Shown in pieces: positions 1 to 14,039 of a DNA stretch of 64,000 nt (its first letter is position 1; each line of letters begins with the position of its first letter). Made by a program: the position numbers and the translations under genes. This DNA is from Squalus acanthias (Eukaryota): NCBI GenBank assembly GCA_030390025.1, contig CM059438.1, positions 69,752,001-69,816,000 of the forward strand, given 5' to 3'. A model generated the notes under the pieces. It was given only the letters and a program-made list of their open reading frames with translations. It did no database searches and was not told the DNA's origin.

Positions 1-22
1 TAGGGATCGGAATATCCGGGCC
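1..22. mobile_element. Terminal end of a Harbinger-type MITE cut by the window edge
   Basis: GGGATCGGAATATCCGGGCC resembles the right end of the MITE ending at 43484 (GGGGTCGGAAAATCCAGCCC). Confidence 0.5.
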
Positions 23-533
23 TATATCTGTACTCTTGTTAGCAGGGCAAAGACATGCATGAGACATTACCCCGTGGCACAGCTTTTATTTTCACCTTTT
101 CTTGATGAATGAATTTTGTGATTGTAATTTGTATTACACTTGCCTTTATTCCATGCACGTAAGATATCGCTGTACTGTGCACCCAAGAGCAACATATGGG
201 GACTCTCAATTATCTGTGAATTCCCATCATTCACTGTGGGTTGCCTCCATTATGGCAGATAGTATTTATTTAAACAAAAATATATTGGAGCAAGTGAAGG
301 TGATAATCTACAGGAATGTTGACTTCCCTGAGCTCAGGTGACATGAGGGAGGAAGGAAAAGTGATCTTCCACATGGGGAAAAATTAGTCTTGCAGCACCC
401 ACAAGACTACTTTTTGATCTAACGTCTTCCAGTGGGGACCAGGAAAGTGGTCGGTCAGGTATTTAGTGGTATAAAATGTTATAGTGGGGGAATTGTTTGA
501 ACACCAGTCCTCATAATGACATTGTATCTAATA

Positions 534-971
534 TCATAGAAACATAGAAACATAGAATCTAGGAGCAGGAGTAGGCCATTCGGCCCATCGAGCCTGCTCC
601 ACCATTCAATACGATCATGGCTGATCATCTAAATCCAGTACCCTGTCCCTGCTTTAATCCCCACAGTACACATATCCCACCCTACCCCCGTAACCCCACG
701 TATTTAATTCCCCCTAACATATCCCATCCTATCCCCATAACCCCACATATTTAATCCCCCCCTAACACTAAGGGTCAATTTATCATAGCCAAATCAACCT
801 AACCCGCACATTTTTGGACTGTGGGAGGAAACCGGAGCACCCGGAGGAAACCCACGCAGACACGGGGAGAATGTGCAAACTCCACACAGACAGTCACCCG
901 AGGTCAGATTCGAACCCGGGTCCCTGGCGCTGTGAGGCACCAGTGCTAACCACTATGCCACCGTGTTGCCC
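534..971 (-). mobile_element. HE1-like V-SINE (tRNA-derived head, CR1-derived tail)
   Basis: The minus strand begins GGGCAACACGGTGGCATAGTGGTTAGCAC...GGGTTCGAATC (A/B boxes). It has the V-domain-like GTGGGTTTCCTCCGGGTGCTCCGGTTTCCTCCCACAGTCC and ends in a CR1 tail (TTCTATGT)n. There is an internal tandem duplication of about 49 bp near 670-768. Confidence 0.9.
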
Positions 972-1289
972 TAATGATGGCAGAAACTTGCCAGCAAAAA
1001 CACTGCTTGTAAGGAAAGCTGACTCAAAACCCATGAAGTGGGGAGAATAAATAGGGAAAAACACACACACAGGATCAAAAATTGAAATATGTTTAGGATG
1101 AATTAAGGAGGGAAGAAATTAGATATGTGCAAGGTTAAAAAATAGGAAAGCTGAAAAAGCATTGAGAAAAATCTAAAAAATAGGTTTAAAAGCTTAAGGA
1201 AACATAAAAGGAGGGAGATGGAAAACGACCACTGGCAAGATAATCAAAGGATGCAAAATACATTGCAATAGATATTTTTAATTTAGACT

Positions 1290-1497
1290 TGGTTCATTGG
1301 CAGCAACGAATTTGAAGCCCCACTCCCGAAATTGTGCACATAATCCTTCACTGCAGTACTGAGGGAATAAAACGTGCTGTTTTCAGATGAGTTGTTAAAC
1401 TGAGGCCTTGCCTGCTTACTCGGGTAGATATAAAAGATCCCATGGCACTACTGGAACAAAGATCGGGAGGTTCTCCCATTTTTCTGGACAATAGTTA
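1290..1497 (+). mobile_element. Degraded DeuSINE (SacSINE1-like) fragment
   Basis: CAGTACTGAGGGA...TCAGATGAGTTGTTAAACTGAGGCC...AAAAGATCCCATGGCACTA aligns by eye to the reverse complement of the copies at 13065 and 51716. Confidence 0.65.
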
Positions 1498-1639
1498 AAA
1501 TACTTTTTTTGTGCAAAGTTTCTGATGTCCAAACTGATTCCAGGCTGCTTCTAGTAGGTAGAAGGTATGCAGTGTGTTCAGATTCAAGGAGATGTGTAAT
1601 AAAGTGATTGTTCATTTAAAAACAGAATGCCTAAACATT

Positions 1640-2240
1640 CACCAGGCAGCAGTAATGGATAGAATGCATTTGAGAATACCCATGGAGATGAGGGTAATGA
1701 GTATCGGGAGCTGTGGCTGGAACATTTGTAACTTGTTTAAATATAGGGTCATACCAGAAGACTGCAGAATAGCTAATGTTCCAATTCTTTAAAAAAAAAT
1801 TCAGGATGATCCTGGAAACAATAACTTCATTAACAATGACATCTGTAGGAACAGTTATTCGAGTCTATTACAAAGAAACAATTCCTGTTCATTTAACAGG
1901 AATAAAAGCAATAATTCCCAAACTAACGCTGGTTCCTGAAAGGATTTTATGCTGAGTGATTATATTAGAATTCTTTGAGGATGAAACAGAAATTCTTGGT
2001 TGATGGTAGTGTGGTGGATATTGTAAAATTTCAGATGTCATTTGATATGCTGGCATATAGCAGCTTTGTGATTGAAGTGAAATCTCTTGAGATAAATCGA
2101 GATAAATTAAGTTGTATATTGTATCATGCATTGCCTCGGTAACAGAAAACAATGTATAGTGATCACTGGTAGTAGTTTGAATCATAACTATGACCACTCG
2201 AGTACCCTGATGACCTGTTTCTTCACATTTATAATAAATG
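1640..2240 (+). mobile_element. Heavily decayed CR1 ORF2 (RT) fragment
   Basis: VIPEDCRIANVPIL motif (CR1 PEDWKxANVxPxFKK) with many stops and frameshifts. Confidence 0.6.
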
Positions 2241-2785
2241 ATCCCGCATCTTCCTCTAGTTTCTCTCCTATCTCCTCTCATGCACGCTCCGAGCTAATTT
2301 TGATTAAAATCTATGCCTTTAATTTGCGACAGCTCTGGATGTTGGTTTACTGCCATACTGGGCCATGGTTTGGCAGTATGCAGTGGTTTTTTTAACCTGC
2401 ATTCTCCACGTGGCATATTCATTGATCTCGCCCAGTTGTGGGGTAGGGACAGTGGGCAAAGATTGACGAGCTATTTTCCCAACGAGAAGGACAATTGAGA
2501 TGTGAGTCAACGTGGCACTCTAATTCATCTGTTGGAGGGGACTTAAGAGAATGACATGAACAAAGGCTTGGCGGCAGGAGCATGGCACATATTGAGGGAG
2601 GTGCAACAAGCTAAGTGTATGGCAGGTAACTTAGAAATGGGAGGATGACTTGAAGTTGACAGTCATATTAGATGCTGTAGTTGACCACTCGATGCTGTTA
2701 CCACAAGGCCCCCATTTGGCCATAACTAGACATCAGTATCGACCAGAGCTAGGGCAGATGGTTTTCACAAATAGTGGGGAATATG

Positions 2786-2962
2786 GGGGTAGATTTTCAA
2801 CTTGCTGCTCAGACGTAAAACTGGCGTTGCGGATTGACCAATCATTCTCGAAACCAAACGATATGCATTTCCATTGATTTCAAAAATTGGGTGGTTTCCA
2901 TAATGGGTGCCCGATCCGCAACGCCAGTTTTACGTCCGAGTACCAAGTTGAAAATATACCCC
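2786..2962. mobile_element. Short palindromic Harbinger-type MITE
   Basis: TIRs GGGGTAGATTTTCAACTTG / CAAGTTGAAAATATACCCC; ATG TSD on both sides; second copy at 14040. Confidence 0.85.
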
Positions 2963-3539
2963 ATGGGCTCTAAGATTCTAGATGTGTGGCTAAAAATTGA
3001 GTTGAATTATTTTTATTTAAGTCTAAAATGTAACTTCATCAGTGTGCAAAGAGCTGCTTGAAGAACATAACATAGAATCTTAATTACAAGGTATTGTAAG
3101 TTTTATAAGATGCTGTTGTACTTGCGTGACATTATCATTTGTTGTTGCCACAAGGGTTTCTTCACAGAACATCATATTCAAAGAAGAATGCTGGTACTAA
3201 AATATAAATGTAGATGTTCTATTATGCTATAAAAATGTGTCTGATAATTAAAATCTCTTCACACTTGGATTGTTTCATTGGCGTTAGCCATAAAACCTCA
3301 ATTTGTTTGATCACTAATTTACAATGAAAATCAAAATTCTGGCCCGTACATTTTCCCTGATTGCTTTTTGTTAAAGAGATAAATGGTGTGAAAGACAAGT
3401 ATTCGTTTTCAGGCTTCCTCTACAAGAGTATGTCTAGATATGCCCAGGGATGAAGCATGGAAGTAGGAATGGAAAGGGCTAGAAAAGGTCCGTGTTGCTA
3501 TTTCCATAGTTAAAAAAATGGAAGACATAATTCATTACC

Positions 3540-3940
3540 AATATACCTCATTTGAATTTCTCACCAAAAAGCCTGCCCAACTTTCTCTTGATGTTATTAG
3601 GCTCAATTGGCTCCGCGGGCAGTCTGTCCCAAACATTCATCGCCCTCTGTGTGTGATAGTTATATCTGATCTGTTCATTCACATGCCCCTTTTTTAGGAT
3701 TTCATCACATGCCCCCTCGTCATTGCTGGTAAACATTTTTCTCAAGGTTCAACTTGTCGGTGCACTTAAGGATCTTGAATACCTCAGTACGATGCCCTTG
3801 CAGTCTCTCAGTTAAATAAACTTACTTGTCCCAGGCATCAAATAACAGGCCTGTGCTGCACCTTTTCCAGTGCCCTGATTTCCACCCTGTGATATGGTGA
3901 CCAGCACTGCAGATAAGGATGAACTCTGTATAGGCTCATG
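3540..3940 (-). mobile_element. Decayed CR1 3' fragment
   Basis: Minus ORF contains HTQRAMNVWDRLP (CR1 FTQRVVNxWNxLP). Confidence 0.6.
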
Positions 3941-4499
3941 TCAAACTGACTCTTTGGCTGGGCATTGTGCCTGTAAAAAGGATGCATGCTTGAGCGCAGC
4001 GACAGGCCTATAGTTGCATATCAGACCTCCAAGACTGGGACCACCTGCCTGCTGCTGAAGATTTGCAGCAAGAAGGCTCTGAATGTATTCAAATGGGGGG
4101 GTGGGAGGCATTTAAAATTAAAATTAAAATTAACAACACACTTACCCACATGTCTTTGGCCTGCTCTTGGGAGTAAGCAGTCTCTCTAGTTGTCAGGGGC
4201 ATAGTGGCAAACCGTAGCATTGTGTATGTACTGGGCGCCCCTGTACTCGAGCGCTCATATGCACTGAAACAGGTAAATAATGCAGGAGGCCAGAAGCACC
4301 ATCTACTGCTTCATCAGCATCTCTGCAGTGGATCTGTGCCTGCACAAGTGATGGCCCAGATCTACCCCTGCCCAAGGAAGCACTAGAAATCTAGAGGCAA
4401 TGTTGAGGGGACTGAGACCTGGTGAAATGGGTTTCCGACCCTTTCTGGCTAGGGAAGTGGTTGTTCCCAGCAGCAAATAACAGGAAAATTGGCCCCACA

Positions 4500-5340
4500 A
4501 TAACTTGTCATTTTACAAGGCCCTTTCAAAGTTCCCATGCAAGACATATTCTCATGACTTCTTCTCTGCATCGCCTCCATGGCTTGAATGTTTTTGTTAT
4601 ATCTTAGTGAACTTAACGCGCAGTTTAAACAGGTCACTGTAATCATGACATCATCCGACAGCCTGATATTATCCGACTTGTATCCAACTGACTTCTTATA
4701 ATTAAGAATTCTGTACATTTTTAGGTGCCAATTCCGCGATCGCCTCCAAATCCCTTTACACTTTACCTTGAGCTATTTCTGCAATATCTATAGTATACTT
4801 ATGGCGCCCATCTTTGCTTTGAATGTGTAATACCTTGATCTTGTCTGTATTTAATTTCCTTTGCTACTAATTGGCACATTTGTCAATTTGATCTAATTCC
4901 TTTAGTAGGCCCTTGGCTGCTTCCTCCAGCTTGACTGCATCCTTGGTTCAGTATCATCTGCAAATTTGGCCAGTTTGCATTGGGTTTATGCATTCAAGTT
5001 ATTAATGTAGGTTTGGAACTGCTGAGATCTCCAGTCAGTGTTTCTCCCTCATTTTAACGTCACTCCCTGATGTCAGTCTCCTAACAAGTGCCTTTTGCTT
5101 TCGCGGCTTCAGCCAATTCCTTATCCGTATGCAGGTTTTACTTTGAATTCCCACTGCTTTCAGTTACAATCACTGCTGTTCACGAGCAACTTTATGGAAG
5201 ACTTTTCAGAAATTTTAAATATGGCTTGCCATGATTTTTCACTGTCCACTTGGGATATCCCTTCCTCAAAAAGTCAGAGATCTCATTCAGACAAGATTTT
5301 CTCCTTCTAAAGCCATATTTGTTGTGAATTGATGATCATT
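4500..5340 (-). mobile_element. Old CR1 RT fragment, split by younger CR1 copies (appears to resume at about 6210-6490 and 7810-7950)
   Basis: AMEAMQRR motif; plus-strand GTATCATCTGCAAATTT is the antisense of the KFADDT catalytic motif. Confidence 0.6.
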
Positions 5341-5342
5341 TC

Positions 5343-6210
5343 TACAAAACTTGGAAGTATAGTGAACAGTGAGGAGGATAGTGATAGACTCCAAGAAGAC
5401 ATAGACAGGCTGGTGGAATGGGCGAACACGTGGCAGATGAAATTTAACGCAGAAAAGTGAGAAGTGATACATTTTGGTAGGAAGAACAAGGAGAGGCAAT
5501 ATAAACTGAAGGGTACAATCCGAAAGTGGGTGCATGAACAGAGAGACCTAGGGGTATATGTGCACAAATCATTGAAGGTGGCAGGGCAGGTTGAGAAAGC
5601 GGTTAATAAAGCATACGGAATCCTGGGATTCATAAATAGAGTCATAGAGTACGAAAGCAAGGAAGTAATGATGAACCTTCGGCCTCAACTGGAATATTGT
5701 GTCCAATTCTGGGCACCACACTTTAATTGAAGGAGGTGAAGGCCTTATAGAGGGTGCAGAAAAGATTTACGAGAATGGTTCCAGGGATGAGGGACTTCAG
5801 TTACGTGGATAGATTAGAGAAGCTGGGGTTGTTTTCCTTGGAGTAGAGAAAGTTGAGAGGAGATTTGATACATGTGTTCAAAAGATAGAGAGTAACTGTT
5901 CTCATTGGCAGAAGGATTGAGAACCGGAGGACACAGATTTAAGGTGATTAGCGACCTGAGGAAAAACTTTTTTATGCAGCGAGTGATTAGGTTCTCGAAT
6001 GCACTGCCAGAAAGGGTGGTGGAGGCAGACTCAATCATGGCTTTCAAAAGGGAATTGGATAAGTACCTGAAGGAAAAGAAAATTGCAGGGCTACAGGGAA
6101 AGGGCGGGGGAGTGGGACTAGCTAAAGTGCTCTTGCAGAGAGCCGGCACGGGCTCGACGGGCCAAATGACCTCCTTCTGTGCTGTAACTATTCCGTGATT
6201 CTATGTTTCT
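5343..6210 (+). mobile_element. CR1 LINE, 5'-truncated, 3' end intact
   Basis: HFGRKN, RPQLEYCVQFWAPH and FFMQRV motifs; ends ...GATTCTATGTTTCT. Confidence 0.95.
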
Positions 6211-6490
6211 ATTATTTTACTGGATATTGTTGTTGGATTAGATTTGCTCAGATTAGATTTGCCCCATCATTAATAATGGATTCTTTATTAGTTTGTTTCC
6301 AATTTAGTGGTACGTCTCCAACATTCAGTGACTCCTCCATGTAGATTCTCAGCACTTCACAAACTCTGTGCACTCTCTCTCTTTAATACAGTGGGATAGA
6401 TCCCATTTGTGCCCACGGATTTGTTCGGTTTTGGATATCATTGCATTTTTATCATGTATCTGGGATGGTGGTTGTCTCACTGCCAACCTC

Positions 6491-7808
6491 CTAGAAACCA
6501 AAAAAATAATAATGAATAGTCAACATGGATTTCAAAAGGGAAAGTCTTGCTTGACTAACCTTATTACATTTTTTGAAGAGGTAACAGAGAGAGTAGACAG
6601 TGGTAATGCAGTAGATGTAATTTATCTGGATTTTCAAAAGGCCTTTGATAAGGTACCCCATAATAGACTGATGAACAAGGTCAGAGAATGCAGAGTCAGG
6701 GGACAAGTAGCAGAATGGATTGGTGGCTGGCTTCAGGACAGAAAGCAGAGAGTAGGAGTAAAGGGTAGTTATTCATAGTGGCAGAAGGTGGGTAGTGGTG
6801 TTCCATAGGATCAGTGCTGGGACCACTGCTGTTCAGAATTTACATTAACGATTTAGACTTAGGAATCAAAAACACAATTTCTAAATTTGCGGATGACACC
6901 AAATTGGGGGGATAGTCAATACTGAGGAGGGCTGCAACAAGTTAAAAGGAGGACATTAATAAACTTGCAGAAGGGCATATAATTGGCAAATGAAGTTCAG
7001 CACAGATAAATGTGAGGCATTACATTTTGGTCGGAAGAATAGGGAGGTCACTCATCACTTGGAGGGTGCGAGTTTAGGTGGGGTAGAGGAACAAAGGGAT
7101 CTCGGAGTACAAATACACAAATCACTAAAATTTGCGATGCAGGTTAGCAAGGCCATAAAAAAGCAAACCAAGCACTAGGGTTTATTTCTAGAGGGATAGA
7201 ATTGAAAAGTGGGGAAGTTATGCTAAACCTGTATCGAACCTTGGTTAGACCACACTTGGAGTACTGCGTACAGTTCTGGTCACCATATTATAAAAAGGAT
7301 ATAGAGGCACTGGAGAGAGTGCAGAGAAGATTTACAAGGATGATACCAGAAATGCGAGGGTATACATATCAGGAAAGGATGAACAAGCTGGGTTCTTTTC
7401 TCTTGAAAAAAGAAGGCTGAGGTGTGAACTAATAGAGGTCTTTAAAATTATGAAAAGTTTTGATAGAGTGGATACAGAGAAAATGTTTCCACTTGTGGGG
7501 AAGAGCATAACTAGAGGCCATCAATATAAGATAGTCACCAAGAAATCTAATAGGGAATTCAGAAGAAACTTCTTTACCCAAGGAGTGGTGAGAATGTGGA
7601 ACTCGCTACCACAGGGACTGGTTGAAGCAAATAGTATGGATGCATTTAAGGGGAGGCTAGACAAGCATATGAGGGAGAAGAGAATAGAGGGTTATGCTGA
7701 TAGATTTAGATGAGGAAAGACAGGAGGAGGCTCGTGTGGAGCATAAACCCAAATGGACTGGTTGGGCTGAATGGCCTGTTTCTGTGCCGTATATCCTATG
7801 TAATCCAT
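6491..7808 (+). mobile_element. CR1 LINE, 5'-truncated RT to 3' UTR
   Basis: SQHGFQKGKSCLTNL, YLDFQKAFDKVPH, FADDT, RPHLEYCVQFWSP and NFFTQGVV motifs with stops and frameshifts. Confidence 0.95.
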
Positions 7809-9309
7809 GCCCTCTTTAAGCCATTCTTGTCTCTCTCTATTTGTGTCAATGCTACTTATGCTCATTGTCTCCAAATGTTCTTGTTTTGTTCCTCTTTAAC
7901 TCCAGATAGCCCATTCAACACACCCTTCCTCTTGCCTACCTCTTCACTCTGCTGAATTTTCACCAGGCTATGGCTCAATAAAAAGATCTTCCTTACACAG
8001 ATGTAGTGTTTTCCTATATTTCCTTACTGGTTTTGTATTTTTCTCCAGTCTGTCTACAGAGTCGAGCTGCTCCAATGTGGAGAGGTTTTTGAAAATAGCA
8101 AAAGATAATTACGTGTTGACTCAGTCAACCTCATTAACTCACTATAGGCCCAGTGCTATGAAAATTGCTCGTTGAGCAATTCCCCTGGTGTCCTTCCCAT
8201 ATAACCTGTCCATTCTGTTTCATCATCTTTGTCAGATCCTAGCTTTAAATTTACAGCAACTTGTTATTGAGATGCTGGGCACATACACAATTTCTCTCTC
8301 TCTTTCCTCATTTCACTCATCCACCTTTTTTGCTTTTCTGGTATCCACACACAGGTTGTTCCTATAGATATGGGAACATAGCATTTTTCATATTAGATAT
8401 CAACAACATACCAGAGGGTAACCCTAGGATTTTCAGAAATATCAGCTATCTTGGGGTGGGGTTGAATTCCCAGCACACATCTCAACCCAGGTTTTGGCCC
8501 AGTATGTGCCTACAAGGCACTGCCAGAAGCTCAGAACAAACCACAAATGCTCCAATGCCTCTATCATTCACCACCTATAACTTTGTATAGTATATTTCTC
8601 AGTTACTCCATTCTTTGGAAGTCAGTGCGGTGGAGTCATTCTATTAACATAAATTACATTTTGAAAGGTACTGAACTGGTTGCATTTAGACATCTGATAC
8701 AGTTATGCTTTCTTGTCTTTGATGGGATTAATGTAACATTAAAATCCCCTTACAAGAAAATGACACCTTGCCAGTTTAAGGCTCATTAATTTATTTCATT
8801 TGACTCTTGAAATAATAACATATTGTAAAGGTGACTGTGAGGGTAATCCCTGCAGTAATATCTTCCAAATGCAATCTTTTCCTTCTGTGCCCATAGCCAG
8901 GCTATCATTTACTCCTCTTACTAGTCTCACTGTGTTTATAGCAAGTGCATATTGAAAAGTAATTTTCCGACTTTGCGCTCAACCACTGTCAATGCATATG
9001 AGAAATTCGGGTGTGTGCTGCCTTTGATTTTCCAACACGGACTGGAATTTCCATTCTGTATTTCCATTATGTGCTCCCAGTGGGCAGGCCTCCCACCCAA
9101 CGGTGTAAATGCATCTCAGTCTTTTGTTTTTTCTTCCTTTTTCCAAACCAATGTTCTCCCTTCCCCCCATCCCGACTGAAGATGAAGATTGCTTGCTGGG
9201 AGGCTCCATGGGAGATGGCTCCCCTCTGGCACCTTGCCAAACTGACTATTACTCACTTCTCTTCTAGGAATGCCCACCTTGAAGAAATTCTGCTCTTCTC
9301 TCCGACGGG

Positions 9310-9455
9310 ATTTCCACTTCTGACGAAGGGTCACAGACCCGAAATGTTAACTCTGTTTCTCTCTCTCCACAGATGCTGCCTGACCTGCTGAGTGTTTCCA
9401 GCATTTTCTGTTGTTATTTCAAATTTCCAGCACCTGCAGTATTTTGCTATTGTAT
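9310..9455 (+). mobile_element. Penelope-like element 3' fragment with decayed hammerhead (9316-9352)
   Basis: CTGACGA-A-GGGTC-ACA-GACCC-GAAA-TGTT followed by CTCTGTTTCTCTCTCCACAGATGCTGCCTGACCTGCTGAG, near-identical to the 3' end of the GIY-YIG element at 59174. Confidence 0.85.
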
Positions 9456-9478
9456 TACTCATTGTGAATGGGTGTGTT

Positions 9479-9700
9479 CTGGCCAATATTTATCCCTCAA
9501 TCAACATCACTAAAACAGATTAACTGGTCATTTATCTCATTGCTGTTTGTGAGATCATGTTGTGCGCAAATTGGCTGCTACATTTCCCTACATTACAACA
9601 GTGTCTAAACTATAAAAGTACTTAATTGGCTGTGAAGCACTTTGTGATGCCCTGAGCTCATGAAAGGCTCTATATAAATGCAGGTTCTTTCTTTTCTTTC
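9479..9700 (+). mobile_element. DeuSINE (SacSINE1-like) 3' half
   Basis: CTGGCCAATATTTATCCCTCAA...TGAAAGGCTCTATATAAATGCAGGTTCTTTC tail; matches the copies at 13065 and 51716. Confidence 0.85.
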
Positions 9701-11314
9701 TATTTGTGACAGGAGGGGCAGTTAAATAGGTTGTACTAAAGCCTGCCCGAGGTATTTTTCGTTCCTTGACCCAGGAAGGCTGAAGTCAAATTTTTTTGTC
9801 CCTGCCACTAATCAGCTGATTTACTATAGAGTGGGGTCGGATCTGGGAGCTTCCTGGTCTATCTAACTCAACTACTGTACTTAAATGTCCAGTTTCCCCA
9901 TGGCCCTCAATTATGGAGTGATCAATCGCAATAGGAAAAGGGCCAGTTTCTTAAAGTTTTAAAAAGCTTCTGCTGGCATAGTTGGCTGTCGGAATCTGCA
10001 GCCAGATCCGGCGGACTGTTTCCCCCTCCCCCACTTCAGGTGGGCACCCCAGCTGTGCCAAAAAGGGCGTGTGTGCCAACCTAAATGTCCCTGACCCCGG
10101 AAAGCGGGATAGGGTTAGGGTTGCAACTAGTGGGCAGGTGGGAGTGCCCATCCTGCTCTACTTTCTGGTGGCAGAATGGAGCCAAAGGTAATTCAGGCTC
10201 TGATCAAAGGAGCAGCATAGCAACAAAACTGATTGCTCCTCAGATGATGTCCACATACAGCGGGAGTCTTGGCTGTTTTGTTTTGAATTTCTCTCCCTAT
10301 CCCAGGAGCACTGAAGGGAATTTGCAGCTGCCCTACTGGTGTATTGGCTAAGGTGAGCCAACGAAGGCCAGATTTGGGGTTGACCCTGAGAGCGCCCTGG
10401 TTTTTGTGGCTCAGCTATTCATTGGTTAAGCTCGCTGAGCCATCAACTCGCAGAGCCATCAGACAAAGCGGGTAGAATAAAATTTGGGAAGAATCGGTGG
10501 GGAAAAAATTAAAAGGTGATGTTTATTTCAAAGTCATCTTTTCTATGAAGCAGCGGTGAAGCTTCAGCAGCTGTTGTGACAGACGTCACAGTGGCTGCAG
10601 TGAGTGGAATGATGTGCATGTGTTGGTGATCTGATTATTGACTGAGACGGTGACTGTTTGTGTCTAATGCTGTGCAGGAAAATCAAGGAGGGGAATAATT
10701 GAAACCATATCTGCAGGGAAGTAAGATGAGGAAACTGCAGTCATGTAGAATTAGAAAGAGAAAGACACTGTACGACTACGAAATGAGAGGAAGATCCTGT
10801 GGGCAGAAGCTGCAGAGGTCGACCTTGCTAGGGGCTAATGTTAGCAAGCCTTGCCTGACATTGTTATTAAGTTGGTGATTTGATATCATATTCATAGTTC
10901 TCAATGTGAGAAATAATACCGTCAAAATATCAAAGACAATCACGTCTGTGAACAGCAATCTAAACGCATTCAAAGCTGTGATGGGCCCTCTTCAAATGGA
11001 TAGCTTGCCTGACCTGTGGCATAGAGGGCTGCAGTTACCAGTCATTCTACATAGTTTTCCTTTCAAAGCCAGACTTATTCTTGAAGGTCTGTTTTGTTCT
11101 CGAACATTGGTTTAAAAAAGAACATAAAATTGGTAGCATTTCATTAACTTATATGGAAGAGATGTGGTAACCTGCTGGGCTTATATATTATGAATTATGG
11201 GCCTTTAACACGTGCACAATATGACAATCTCTAGAAATGTTTTACTGTGAGGTCATAGGCAATGCATAGCAATCCCTATTGCTCTCCTACTCATCAGCGC
11301 CACACTGAGATAGT

Positions 11315-12050
11315 GGCCCAGAAATTGCCGGAGTGGGGCATCTTGTGGTCAGCACCATGAATTGGATTTTTTTCCTCACCCTTCAGATTGTATTTTTCAC
11401 TGCAAATTATGGGAAGTGCGAGTTGATAACAACACGGCGACATCAACGGGGCATCTGGGACCTGGTGAACATCGGATTCAATGATCCATCTCCTTAACCA
11501 CTGAAATTTAAGAACAGAGAGAAAAACAGAGTTAACAACGGCGAAGGAGATAGGGTGAATTAGAGTCAAATTAGATACAGAAAGAGAAATAGATAGGGAA
11601 CGAAAGATTGGATTAAGAGAGAGAGAGAGAAAAGAGAGATGGAAAGGAAAAGTAAGACAAAAAATTAAAACCTCTAGGAACAATTTACTACCTGCGGGAG
11701 TGAGACTCCACAGTTTCATTGTTCCCTTTCTGGGCCTCCAAGGTTGAGTTTCCTATCATGAACATAAATCACATCATTAACAGGGTCCTTACAACATGAA
11801 TTAGCAGCCCTAAATATCTTCAGCGAGACTCATTCGTATTTATGGCGCTAATCCAGCAATTTCTTGACACTTGTGGAGGTGTACGGTGAGCTCCCGTTTT
11901 CGCGAGGCTAACGGCGGAGCGACACCAATCGTCCAGCAATTTCTGGCGCCTCGCAACTCACGGTGCATCTCTTCCTCGTCACAAATTGCTGGTTTTTTTT
12001 ACACGTGAATAACCGGGTGCGCCATGAACTCACCTTTATTTTTCTGGGCC
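11315..12050. mobile_element. Harbinger-type MITE
   Basis: Ends GGCCCAGAAA / TTTCTGGGCC; flanks AGT/AAT (3-bp TSD with one mismatch); interior related to 40343-40805. Confidence 0.75.
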
Positions 12051-13064
12051 AATGAGAGATTAGATGCTGAAATTACACTCTCCTTACTGAGTAATTTCTG
12101 CAGTGAATTCTGGTGAATATTGTACAACTTGAAAAATAATTGCAACACAATGCAAGCCTGGGTACTCGCACTCAAAATAGATAATTCTGAGCTTCTTTAC
12201 AAAATCAAAGATCATCAATAATCATTCATAAAATGGGATCTCTTTGCCATGTCTGCTTGTGAAATGCCAGCAACTGAGCATTGATAATAGGTTCTAGGCT
12301 TCTGATTTAATAATTTTACTGGTTAACTGGTTTCGTACAGGTGAGTTTTTGTTTCCAGCCATCTATGTGTGACACATTTCCTCTGACGGAACAGGAACAA
12401 TGTTTCTTTTGAGGCTGGTATAGGTAGCATGGTGTTGTGGCAAGAGTCCCGGAATGATGAGCTCCCAATCTCAGCGACGCCTGTTGTGGCTTGACACCGA
12501 GAAGAGACCAATTGCCTCACCACAGAAAGGGAGAGGGAGAGAGAAATGGAAGGGCCTGTTGCCAAGGACTGTTGTTGCAGGCTTCATAGCAACCATTTAC
12601 AGAGGAGCATCAGAGTATGGAAACCAGTCTCCAATCTAAACTCTCTGGGATAATACATGATGTGGACCGAATCCAACCAGAAAGAAAATAATAAAAGCCT
12701 GTTTTTACTGATCTTGTGCCAGTATTATGTTTGTTTTGTCGGTCTCAAAGATATTTTCTGTCTTGAGAAGTCTGACTTTTATTTTTTAGAACATAAATAC
12801 AGCACATTTCTTTGCAAGTTGGCTGTGATTCTCTGCAGTTTTCTTCTAATATATCGCCTCCAGTCACTTGAAGGCTTCTGTAATATCCTATTTGAACTTG
12901 CTTTATGATTTGTTATAATCCAAGATTAAACTAAAATGTACAATTTTGGAAATTAGCAAAAGCTGGCACAACCTGCAAAAAGCTGACAAGTCCAAAATTG
13001 CCTTGAATAATGAGCCTTTGTGACATGAAAATAATTATACTGAAAATGCAGCAGGACTTAAAGA

Positions 13065-13553
13065 AGTAAAGAACTTGTATTTACATATTGCCTTTCACAA
13101 CATCAGGAAATCTCAAAGCGCTTTACAGCCAATTAAGTATTTTTGAAGTGTAGTCACTGTTGTAATGTAGGAAATGTGGCAGCCAATTTACGCACAGCAA
13201 GGTCCCACAACCAGCAATGAGATAATGACCAACAAACAGCAATGGGACAATGACCAGATAATCTGTTTTTAGCGATGTTGGTTGAGGGATAAATATTGGC
13301 CAGGACACCGGAGAGAGCTCCCCTGGTCTACTTCGTAATAGCGCCATGGTATCTTTTACGTCCACCTGAGAGAGCAGATGAGGCCTCGTTTAACGTCTCG
13401 TCTGAAAGACGGCATCTCCGATAGCGCAGCACACCCTCAGTACTACATTGAAGTGTCAGCCTAGATTATATGTTCAAGTCTATGGAGTGGGACTTCAACT
13501 CATGGTCTTCTGACTCAGAGGCGCAAGTGCTACCACTGTACCAAGACTAACAC
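13065..13553 (-). mobile_element. Near full-length DeuSINE (SacSINE1-like)
   Basis: Minus-strand tRNA-like head GTGTTAGTCTTGGTACAGTGGTAGCACTTGCGCCTCTGAGTCAGAAG, central Deu-like domain and L2-like tail. Confidence 0.85.
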
Positions 13554-14039
13554 CGTAGACTTAAACCTGTAACTTAAGCTGTAGGTATACCTAACATTCC
13601 TTTACTCATAGTCGAGGGGGAGTAATAAAAACATAAATATATAAAAACCTGAAAAGAAATACAAGAGTTTAAGACTCAAGATTTATTTTCTAATATGTAT
13701 TCCGACTCATAACCACCAATAAAATGTAGATTTTTGACACTTAATTTGGTGCACTATTCAGCATTTTATATTCTGCAGAAAACGTGGATGCTTTTTTCCT
13801 TTAATCTTCTTTATTGCATCTGACAGATGATGAAAAAGACTATGCATAGATGCAAGCAAGCGTGATCACAGAGTTTAGGAGAATTCTTTTTACACAGAGG
13901 GCTGTTAAGCATGGAATGCTCCACCAGAAACAATCATCATGGCTTTTAAAAGTAAAATGGATAAATATTTGAAAAAGGAGAAAAAAAATAGCAAGGTACA
14001 ATAGGCCACGTGGCTTTCTTCTTTGTTATAAAATGATAT

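Noticed and set aside
880..971. tRNA-like A/B boxes (also near 13500 and 31050)
   Set aside because: These are SINE heads contiguous with SINE bodies, not tRNA genes.
2349..2393. Hairpin followed by a T-run
   Set aside because: Terminator-like shape has no meaning without a Pol III promoter, and such short stems arise by chance.
10610..10650. Possible C/D snoRNA (ATGATG...CTGA)
   Set aside because: Imperfect C box, too short, and no terminal stem.
12323..12639. Donor CAG|GTGAGT near 12340 and short ORFs
   Set aside because: No convincing upstream acceptor or recognisable peptide.
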